Origin: the human T2T-CHM13v2.0 reference genome, Homo sapiens
Assembly (NCBI RefSeq): GCF_009914755.1
Contig: NC_060925.1
Direction: 5' to 3' (one strand)
DNA: 64,000 nucleotides
A program made the translations under genes and the position numbers. Position 1 is the stretch's first letter. The number at the start of each line of letters is the position of its first letter. The notes under the pieces were generated by a model. It was given only the letters and a program-made list of their open reading frames with translations. It was not told the DNA's origin and ran no database searches. Positions 44,812 to 58,362 of the stretch are shown here, one piece after another.

Positions 44812-46199
44812 TAATCCTGTACCCGCCTAGCCATTTCTTTCTTTTACTACATTTTTCCCTTAAATGTGCTATTGAGGTACTCGTGTATAATTATACTGTA
44901 TGTTCATATATAATAGTAATATACACTATTATAGGCCCTATATGAAACAGATGTCTCTGTCAGATTATTCTGACATTTCATCATGTTCCCTATAAAGGAC
45001 ATCAATTAGTTCTGAGGAGAATATGAATTTTACCCCCAAGCTCATCTGCTTGTTGACAGCCTTTCAATTTAACCTGATGTTCAGAGTAGCATCATTCCAT
45101 GTATCTCTCAGAGTGTAGCATTTAATTCACTGCCCCTCAAATCTCCCCAGCAATCAGGTTGGAGAACAACAAAATCACATGCAGTGACACTGTCACCAGC
45201 CTTTATTGAAAGTCATCTTAGGCCGGGCATGTTGGCTCACGCCTGTAATCCCAGCTTTGGTAGGCTGAGGTTGGCAGATCACCTGAGGTCAGGAGTTCGA
45301 GACCAGCCTGGCCAACGTGGTGAAACCACGTCTCTACTAAAAATACAAAAAAATTAGCTGGTCATGGTGGTAGGTGTCTGCAATCCCAGCTACTCTGGAG
45401 GCTGAGGCAGGAGAATCACTTGAACTTGGCCTGGGAGGTGGAGGTTACAGTGAGCCAGGGTCATACCATTGCACTCCAGCCTTGGTGACAAGAGTGAAAC
45501 TACGTCTCCAAAAAAAAAAAAAAAAAAAAAAAAGGAAGTCATTCTAAGGAACAGGCCTGTGACCTTTGCCTGTATGTCTGCTGTATAAATGCTATTGAGA
45601 CTTTTCATCCTTACATTGTATATCCTATATCCTCTCCATGAAGACTCACAGGGGGAACTGATTTCTGAGCTCAGTAGCAGAAATAATTGTCCTTTTAATT
45701 AATTCAATAAACATTTACTGAGCATCTACTACATGCAGCCATATGAGAGCTGCTGGGGATATACTCGTAAATGAAATACAGACTGGTGGGGAAGACAGAA
45801 AACAACTACCCAATTACTCCACCAATTGTTAGAATTTTGATAAATGCTGCTAGGAAAATTAGTGAGGACTTGGAGCTGGTAAAGGGACCTGGGGTCAATG
45901 AAGGGTTATTTGAGGAAGTGATATTCCTCCTGAGCAATTGTTGTATAGTCACATTGATCCTCTTCACTTTGGCTCCTAGGAAGTTAGTCAAATTTGTGAC
46001 TCTCCTCTCGAAAGAGTTTGTGATCTAATTGAATTTCTGGACTCATTTATTTGTGTAACAAATGACTATTGTGTGCCACAAGCAGCTAGGCACTGGGCGT
46101 ATCACAGAAAATCAGATAAACAGGTCCCCGACCTCACAGAGCTTGTAGACAAGTGGGAGATTTGGGCAAGGAAGTGGATTATTAAAATAAAATTTGTTC

Positions 46200-47775
<1,576 letters not shown>

Positions 47776-48737
47776 AGGACATAAACCAACAAATTCACTA
47801 AATAACATAATTACAGCTAGCTCAAGTGATGAAAATCCAACATCATACAGTCATATTAAAATAACATACAGCCAAAAAGAATATCTACATATGCACAGAG
47901 TGTGCTTGAAGGATAAACCAGAAACTGGTAATAGTGGTTGCTTCTGGGAGGAAACTTGGGTGGCTGGGGAACAGGTATGGAAGGAGAGCTTTTACTGTGT
48001 ATTCCTTTTTAACACTCGAATTTTACGCCATTTACATATCTATTAGAAACTAAATAAAACATAAATAGCCCCAATCTGGGAAAAAAACAACAAATCTATC
48101 ACTAGTTGTAGGCTCCCTCCTGCCCCATTTCTCAACCAGATAATCCATTAGAATGCCAGACTAGAGTGACAGCGTATTCATATAAAAGTAGAAAGCTCGA
48201 GGAAGTCCTGGAGAAGAAAAAATAAGCAAGACTTGATGATGGGCAGAATGAGGGACAGAAACAGAAAGACAATCCAAAGCAAACCTTCGCGTGTGCTCTC
48301 AGGAAGGTGTTTACATGTGTTCAGTCTTGGCTCCATCGTCTGTAATATAGTAATAATGACAGCATTTGCATTATAGGGTAGTAGTGGGAGTTACAGATGC
48401 TAGATGCTGGTTACTAAAAGGTCCACAAGACGTACTTGATAAGGAAAGTGACACACAGAAAGGCTAAGTAACCTCAAAGAGATTCCAATCTGGTATGGAG
48501 GAGACAGATAAGTGAACAGGCAATCTCAGCAGGCTGTGATAAACGCCTCAGAGGAAGCACTGGGTGTGCCACGGAATGTGCGGGAGGCACCCTGTCTTAG
48601 CCTGGGTTCCCTAGGAAGAAAGCCGGAGGTAGGTTCTTGAGTCAGCGAGTGACTGAGGAATAACCTCAGGTGAAGACTGTGAGGGAGCGAGGGGAGCATG
48701 GGGCGGGGAAAAAGTGAGACAAAGATATGTGTTTAGC

Positions 48738-49345
<608 letters not shown>

Positions 49346-49763
49346 TGAACTCCTGACATTGTGATCCGCCCACCTCGGCCTCCTAAAGTGCTGAGATTAC
49401 AGACGTGAGCCACTGCGTCTGGGCCAGATGGTTTTAATGACTAGATAATGACTTTAGAGAGAAGGGATCCTAGAACTGAGGCTTGGGGCAATGTTTATAG
49501 TTCAGGATAGAGGAAAAGGAAGAGGATCTAGGTAGGGAGATCTAGAAGGAGAAACCTGTGAAATAGGAAAAAATGAACAGCAAGTGGTTTCCTAGAAGCC
49601 AAGTAAAGGACACCCACCTTTTAAGGAGGAAATGATCAGCTGTGACAAATGCTCTTAGGGAAGTGGTCAGTTTGGGGGCAGCTCTGGGGCTGTATAGCTG
49701 CACCTAGGAGCCCAAAAGGAGACTGGGCCTATGGTGGGGGAGAGAAGCAGCCCAAATATGTAA

Positions 49764-49955
<192 letters not shown>

Positions 49956-51860
49956 TGAGTAGCTGGGACTACAGGCGCCTGCCACCACGTCTGGCTAAGT
50001 TTTGTATTTTTAGTAGAGACGGGGTTTCACCATATTTGCAAACTGGTCTCGAACTCCTGACCTTGTGATCCACCCATCTCAGGCTCCCGAAGTGCTGGGA
50101 TTACAGGCATGAGCCACTGCGCCCAGCCCACTGTTGTCTTTATTTGGGACTTACGGACATTAGAGATTGGAGTCTAGGCTGATGTACAAAGAAGAGGTCT
50201 GAGAACATGGAGGTTAATTTTTGACGAGATCAGTTTCAGTGAAATTATATGAGCAAAATATCCAGATTGGAATGAGTTCAAGAGAGGGAAGAAATTGAGA
50301 CAGCAAAGTACAAACAACATTTTTTAGGAGTTGTGCTGAAAAGTGAAACAGAAATGGAGGGGGAGCTAGAGAATGGCATAGAGTCAGGAGAGGGGTTTTA
50401 AGATGGAACAAATTGCAGCATGTTTGCATCACGGTAGTGGAAAAGATCTACTAGACAGGGAAAGACTGATGACGCAGGAAGGGACACTCTACTAGACATT
50501 CTTGAGTTGATGAAAGGATATGGCACTTGCATACTAGACATTCTTTGAGTTGACAAATGGATATGGCACTTGGAGCAAAGAGGAGGTTGACCTCTGGGAG
50601 TGTGGGCAGTTTGTCCACAGTAACAGGAGACAACGCAGAGCTTGTGCGCAGATAAAAGTGGTTGGTGGATATGAAAAATCTACTGATGGCTTCTATTTTC
50701 TCGTGAAATGGGAAGCAAGACCACCAGCTGAGGAGAATATGGGGGAGGAGATGGAAGAGCTTTGAGGAAGAAGACAATGTCAAGTGGTCATTCAGAGGAG
50801 TGGTTGGGTGAATGGCTCATTTTTCCATCTCCCATAGCATCTTCATTACCTCAGCAAGTATGTTCTCAGCATCTGTTATGTTCCAGGCACTTTGATAAAC
50901 ATCAAATGCTTCTTGAAAGAAGATGTGGCTGTAGAGTACCTTCAAAGACAACCCAAACTTTTTTTTTTTTTTTTTGAGATAGAGTCTCACTCTGCCCAGG
51001 CTGGAGTGCAGTGGTGGGATCCTAGCTCCCATTGGCCTTGAATTCCTGGGTTCAAGCATTCCTCCAGCCTCAGGCTCTGGAGTAGCCAGGACTACAGATG
51101 CGTGCCACCATGCTCAGCTAATTTTTGTATTTTTTGTAGAGATGGGGTCTCACTATATTGCCTAGGCTGGTCTTGAACTCCTGGACTCAAGAAATCCTCC
51201 CACCCTGTGTCAGCCTCCCAAAGTGTCAGGATCACAAGTGTGAGCCACTATGCCTGGCATTCCAAACATTTTTTAGATTTGGAGCTGAATGCAGCATGGG
51301 CAGGTTGTCAGGGTTGAAGCACTGGTGATCCAGATCTGGAAGGAGCCAGAAGCCTCTAAAAGAGGCCACTGCAGGAGCCTCCTGACCTGGTTTCTGGGAA
51401 TCCATCTGCTTCAATGATTTTCCTAAAACACAAATCTGATCCCATCACATCTTTTTTTTTAAAACTCCTTCAGTGAAGATAGTTAAGAACTTGTGGCAGA
51501 CTGCTTCTAGAGAACAAAACAGGAACACTGGGGTACAGAAATAAGAGATTTACTTTTCATGGATACCCTTGTGTAGTGTTTGGGGAAAAATTATAACCAT
51601 GTACATATATTCACTATTCAAAGGAAGGTCAAAAGCCTCTCAAAAGTTTCTACAGCTTTCCACTATCCCTAGGAGAAAGAAAAGCCTTTACTTGGTCTAT
51701 AATGCTCTTCACCGTATGGCCCTACCCAACTCTTCAACCTAATCTCATGTTAATCTCGCTTCCTGTGGCCCTTGTGGACTTGGCTAGACTGGCCTTCCAA
51801 TTCAGCTGTGCCGGCCTCTTTGGGCTTGTACACAGGCTTTTCCTTCTGCCTCACTTTTAA

Positions 51861-52010
<150 letters not shown>

Positions 52011-52479
52011 TGAGTAGCTGGGACTACAGGCACCCACCACCACGCCCAGCTAATTTTTGTATTTTTAGTAGAGACGGGGTTTCACCATATTGGCGAGGCT
52101 GGTCTTGAACTCCTGACCTTGTGATCCGCCTGCCTCGGCCTCCCAAAATGTTGGGATTACAGGTGTGAGCCACTGCGCCCGGCCTACTATTATTATTTTT
52201 ATAAGAAACGGGGTCTCGCTATGTTACCCAAGTTGGTCTCGAACTTTTGGGCTCAAGCATGTCTCACTTTCTTATCCCCGCCTCTCCCTTTCCCATCTTT
52301 GCCATCTACTTAGGTCTCTGCTTCAAAGTTACTTTTTCAGGGCGGGCTTCCCGCCTGAATTCCCAATCACCACCGGACTTGGGTCAGTCCCCGCGCTGGG
52401 CACTCACTGCCCCGGCACCAGCATCTCTGCAGCAAGCACCCATAACAACCATAAAGTGTAATGAGCTGCTCAGTGTGCC

Positions 52480-53950
52480 TCCCTACATCGTTAGTCCGAG
52501 GAGAGGGTCCCTCGGTGCCCAGCACAGTGCGTGGCACAGTCGGTGCTCAGGGAGCGATAGCTAGATGAAACCGTACTTTTCGGGATCCTAGTCCATCCAA
52601 AGCAGCCGCCTTCGGGGCAGGTGTGGGGAGGAGGGAGGCCGACGAGGAGCCAACGCCGCGCGACCCTCCGCACTTCCGTCTTGGAGGCCAGGGTGGCGCT
52701 GCCGCCGTCCCTCGCCCGGAGGCAGAGATGCGCTGGCGCATCACCGCCAGGAGCCCACAGTGAAAGACCATCGGATGGAAGGCGACGCCCAGAACTCCAG
52801 GAGACCGCTGTGGGAGGACGCGAGGCCAGGTGACGAATAGGCCAGGCGTGAGTTCCCAAACAGCCTCCTCCCCTTCAAGAGAGTAAGCTTGGGCCACAGG
52901 CTGGGACGGAAGCAGAGGGGCAGACACGCCACCACCCGCCCGGCCTCGAACCTACGGCGGCACAGTTCAGCGGAGGCGGCCCAGCGGTCCTGTCCCGCGC
53001 CTGCGCACTCCAGGCCCCGCCCCGCCCCGCGCCCTCCAGGCCCGGCCCGCCCTCCAACCTCTGCGTGCGCACAGCCTAGAGCCCGCCTCCGTGAAAGACT
53101 GCCGGGCGCATGCGGTCGGGGTTGTTCACTGGCTGTCCGGGGCTCCGCGCGCGTCGCCGGCCCAGCTCTGTCGCTGACGGGAGGATCTGAAGCCGGCCGC
53201 AGGTAGGCTGACTCCAGGGATCCCGGGGGGGATCTGTTCTCCCGCGCAGGAGTCAGCGGCGCGAGCTGAGCCCGGCGCCGAATAGCCCCGCCGCCGCGGT
53301 GACGGACGTCGCTCCTACCAATCAGGGGCGAGGTGACTCGGCGTCCTGCCCAATGGGCTGTGTGCCTAACGGGAGTGGGGCGGGCGCCCCGGCCGGCGAG
53401 CTGCCGGCTCCCGCGCGCGGGCCTCGTGGCCGGGCGGCGCTGGGGAGAGGGGCCAAGCGGGGCGCGGGGCGGCTTCAGAGGCTGCGGGGCCTGCGCTGCC
53501 GCGCTGGGCCGCGCCGAATCAGCTCGGCCGGGCTCGTCGGACGGAGAAGGCCGTAGGGGAGTGGAGCGGCGCCCCCCCCACACCCTCCGCCCTTGCTCTT
53601 CGTCTGCGAGGAAGCCCGGCAGTCGCCCATCCATTCAAGCAGTGCGGGCCTCGGGCCTCCGGCCTCGGCGCGGGCTCAGCCGCCCGGGGCTGCGCGCGGC
53701 AGCTCCGCGCCGTAGGACGAGGGGGCCTGCGAACTCGCCGGCCCTGGGCCCCGCGGCTGGCCTTTGGGCCTCACGGCTTCCTCCCTTCCCGGCGGCCGGG
53801 GGTCGGGGCGCTGGCGGTGTATAGAGCTCACCACGTTTGCGTGGCGCCCTTCCGTCCACGCTCGTTACAGTTTCGAATCCTCAGCGGCCCTGTGACGCGG
53901 GCGGCGCAGAGATTCTCACCCCCATTCCCCGAGGTGAGAACCCGCGTTGC
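52480..53950. promoter_or_regulatory. CpG-island promoter of CTPS1
   Basis: Very high GC and CpG density; clustered GC boxes (53015-53052); NRF1-like GCGCCTGCGCA (~52997), TGCGTGCGCA (~53062) and GCGCATGCG (~53106); ETS-like CGGAAG (~52907); CCAAT boxes at ~53318 and ~53350; no clear TATA box. Confidence 0.93.
53069..53202 (+). other. CTPS1: CTPS1 non-coding exon 1 (5' UTR); 5' end approximate
   Basis: Inside the CpG island, just downstream of GC boxes; strong donor GCAG|gtaggc at 53202/53203. Confidence 0.8.
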
Positions 53951-55766
53951 AGGCAGCTCAAGTGACATGATTGAGGTCTGCACACTAGTGATGGGGGCTG
54001 GCACTTCATCTCATAACATTGAAAGAAAAAGCATTTCCCCCCTCAGTCTTTGTTGAATTTCTCTGATGCGTCTTGATTTACGTTACTTCTGTGCCGGAAA
54101 ACCTTCTTGCGCCTTCCGTCACCTTCAGGATTAAGTTCAGATTGGGCATGCCAGTTTGCACATGATCTGGCCCTTGCCTACCTTTCCAGTTTATCTTCCA
54201 CTGTATATCCCTGCTTCCCCGCCTTCCCCCTCACGGCCTTACCTCTGTTCTCTGTAGCTGCCCTGCACCTGCCTGTTCACCCTGTTCCCTTTCCTGTGCT
54301 CTGAGTCGTGCAGTCAGTCCTTCAAGGCCCATTGCAAGTCATATCTACAAAACAGGAGCCGCCTGGATCCGCCCACTACCCCCAGGACTTGTCTCACCTT
54401 CCTCTGATGGCCATGGTACTGAAAGCGTCTGCTCTCATCGTCCCCCTTTATAGTCTAAACATGTTTTCTGTCTGCTTCCACCGTCACTGAATTACTCATT
54501 TATTTGTTAATGTTTCATCTCTCCAACTGGACTGCCAGAAAGTTGAGATATGGGCCCAAATCTGATTAATGTTTGCAGTCCCCAAGCACAGTAGCTGTCA
54601 TGTAAGTCAGTAGCCCATAAGGATGAATGAATGAGCCTCCCGCCTGATCTTTATGTACACTGGCATATGTATTGCCAGGCACTGAGACTGCAAGAATCTA
54701 AAGAGAGAAACTAAAGAACGTAAAGAGAGATGTTAAACTCTTAGAGTAAAATTGGGACAAATCAAATGTAATTGGATGAGATGAATCTTTTGTAGAAGTA
54801 ACTCACTCGGTGGCAGAGGAATTTCTAGGATCATCCAAAACTTAGGGAGACCAGGGTATAGTCTCAGTAAGGTATATGTCTGGTTAGAACATATCTAAAA
54901 TGTACCTAAGACTGATTTTCATGTGTCAATAAGGAACTGTAAAGTGAGAGACTTAGGGTCAGATAAGCTTGGAGACACCGCATACTGTATAGCAGTGATC
55001 ACAGTGCGAGTTTACTTGCTAAACACTCCCAGGATTCTTGCGTTAAATGACTTGGTTTAATCAGCGTTTCTCTGATTTATATCCATAACACCCTTTTTGA
55101 GAATCCCATGTGCATTTTGTTGAAACCAGGGAGCATGCTTTTGGAAATGCTGCAGCAGAGGATGCAAAGAGCCTTTGGAGCGGGGAAGACTTCTGAGCAT
55201 TCTTCCTTCCCTGCCAAGTGTGTTCTTTCTTGCTCTGGGGAGGGGGTGGGGCGGGGGAATGCTTCGAGCACAACTCCTTAGTTTTCTTGTTCCTTAGTTT
55301 ATTTTTATCATAATTTGGCTTCACATGGAACGTTCCTGAGGAGGAAAATGTCCTGACCATGCCAAAGTAAGCATTTTCTGCTACTTTCTAATTGTGTTTT
55401 TCATTTTGGTCACATTTGGGTTTGCTGACCAAATGGACGATCCTGGACCTCTGAAGCTGGGGACCAGTGATAAATCCTCCGTGGTGAGCCTGTCACGGTC
55501 TCCTCACCTCTTGTCGATGCTGTTTTCACCTGCATCTTGACTCTGCTGCCCTTATATCTTATTTCTCCTTTCCCTGCCACCGTGGCACTGCTTTTTGGAT
55601 TTAATCTCATCTCCCCTCTCTTTGAGTCCTCTGCCCGTCATGTGCTTCAGACTGGTTTCTTATCTGATGTCCCTCTCCCCCAGTATTTACAGTCTCTCTT
55701 CATTGCATGCCTGGGAGAGATTTCTGACAAGGAGCAAGTTGTTGTTAAATTATAGAAGAGAACTAC

Positions 55767-56061
<295 letters not shown>

Positions 56062-56662
56062 AGAGAACTACTTTTAATTAAAGGAATTTTGGTTTAGCTG
56101 CAACCACTTTTAAATGTTGATGTTCTTTCCTTTTAGTCTATCTTTTGTAACCTAGAGGAGCTGTGTTTTCTTGATGATATGTTGTAGTTTAGCCAAAGAC
56201 ATTATTTATTTCCTGGAGAACTGGAGTACTTATCCAAGTTTGAATTTTTTTCCCATGTAGGGAAAATAATGAGGCACCTGCCTGGTATCCCAGTGTCTGG
56301 CAGTGATGTCAGCAAACATTTGGGGTGTAGTGTTCTATCAGCCAGCTTAGAGCTGGTTTTATTAGGTTGACTCTGAAGGTTATTAGTTGTCAAAGCTTTA
56401 AACAAAAGCTGTGTTATTAGAGTAGCAGTTGTTTTTCTACACGTATTTGACTAAAGCCATTCAGTGATCCAAGAAATGTTTGTTTTGATCCTATTTAAAC
56501 CTGACGAGAACCTTCTGAAGTCCTGTGACAGAGAAACTGAGGCTTCAAGAGGGTTCATAGCTAATAATTGGCAGAGCCAGTGTTTGAACCCAGATGAGTT
56601 TGGTTTGTTGAGATACATTTATATCATCTGTAATTTTTCCTTCTTCCAGGTCAAAGAGTAAA

Positions 56663-56828
56663 ATGAAGTACATTCTGGTTACTGGTGGTGTTATATCAGG
56701 AATTGGAAAAGGAATCATTGCCAGCAGTGTGGGCACAATACTCAAGTCATGTGGTTTACATGTAACTTCAATCAAAATTGACCCCTACATTAACATTGAT
56801 GCAGGAACATTCTCTCCTTATGAGCATG
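56663..56828 (+). CDS. CTPS1: CTP synthase 1, first coding exon (exon 2; exon starts at 56650)
   Basis: [55 protein letters not shown](G), with the P-loop-like [10 protein letters not shown] and KIDPY motifs. Acceptor ttcttccag ends at 56649; donor G|gtaagc at 56829; 166 nt, phase 1. Confidence 0.98.
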
Positions 56829-58191
56829 GTAAGCACAGTGGATTTCTTCATAATAATTGCATGTGGCAGAACATGTCAGCACTTGGGAATTATGTGCACG
56901 GTTTGCATAACTTTTATTTTCTGCCTTCTAACAGGTCCCTTAATACAGCAGAATGATACTTTTCTCACCTAGAAAGGAAGAAGCAGAATTCTTTTTTTTT
57001 TTTTTTTCTTTGAGACAGGATCCCACTCTGTCCCTCAGGCTGGAGTGTAGTGGTGTGATCATGGCTCGCTGCAGCTTCCACCTCCTTGGCTCAAGCGATC
57101 CTCTCACCTCAGCCTCCTGAGTAGCTGGGACTACAGGTGTAAATCACCATGCCTGGCTAATTTCTAAATTTTTTGTACAGGTGGGGTTCCACTGTGTTGT
57201 CCAGGCTGGTCTTGGGTCCTCCCACCTGTAATCCCAAAGTGCTGGGTTTTATAGGTGTGAGCCACCATGCCCAACTGCCTTTTACTTCTTTGTTGTTATT
57301 GAGAACCTGTCAATGGTGTGACATACAACTGTGGCTGTTACTTCAAAGATTAATTGCTTAAAACTGGGAGAGATGTTAAAACATACCTCTTAAGTTTTAA
57401 AATTCTGCATTCGTACTCCTACTCTCTAGCGTTGAGGTGAAAATATGCAAGCATTAAATGTCACTAGTGCAGAAATCCTCGTAACAAATGGCATCAGGAA
57501 AAGATCCATATACCTGAGTGATATTTAATACAGAATTCTTGAGCAGAGGATGAGTTATCTCTCTGAGGGAGAAAATGAGACTTTTTTTCCTTTCCTGTGT
57601 TTGAGCTTGTCTCCTATTGTGATGGTAGGAATGAATCATTCTGGGCAAAATTTCTAGAGTGAAGTTTCATGGAATGAATGTGCAACAAAAGAATGGGGTA
57701 AATATGTGCAGTTTCACAAAGTTGTTTAGAACAAAAGCAGAGCTCGGAAGCTGATTTTTATAATCAGCACAAGCTTAATATGCATATATCCAGGTTTTGA
57801 ATCAAATATTGTTATCATACTTTAAACCATATTATGCTCAATTAGGAGACGTTTCTGAAGGTTCTTTTTCCCTAAGCAGCAGATGCTGTATACTACTGTA
57901 AAGTCCTGTATGCACAGCCCACTGGGCTGTCATTTCTTCCCATCCCATGCTATTTTATAACTCTTCTTAAGAATGAGTTTGTTGACAGGCTAGAAGTATG
58001 AGGTTACCTTTTAGAGAATAGCTGGTAATTTTTCTTTTTGTGTGTCATATTTAGTCTTCTAGAAGTGAATTTCTGTGCTTCCTATTACGTAATTGCACAC
58101 CTTGTTAATGAGTGTTTTATTTCAGGATTGCAGTTGTGCCATGGTATAGGTATTTTTCACTTAACGTAAATGGTTTCTCTGTTCACTGCAG

Positions 58192-58362
58192 GTGAGGTTT
58201 TTGTGCTGGATGATGGTGGGGAAGTAGACCTTGACCTGGGTAACTATGAGCGGTTCCTTGACATCCGCCTCACCAAGGACAATAATCTGACCACTGGAAA
58301 GATATACCAGTATGTCATTAACAAGGAACGGAAAGGAGATTACTTGGGGAAAACTGTCCAAG
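58192..58362 (+). CDS. CTPS1: CTP synthase 1, exon 3
   Basis: (G)[56 protein letters not shown]; acceptor ctgcag|, donor |gtaata; 171 nt, in frame with exon 2. Confidence 0.98.

Noticed and set aside
52741-53824. Long ORFs (297 aa on -, 163 aa on +) over the promoter
   Set aside because: Arg/Pro/Gly/Ala-rich translations expected from stop-poor CpG-island DNA; no domain similarity.
56829-56956. ORF-track extensions of CTPS1 exons into introns (also around 58170-58391 and 60778-61050)
   Set aside because: CTP synthase similarity stops at canonical splice sites; the remainder is intronic read-through.
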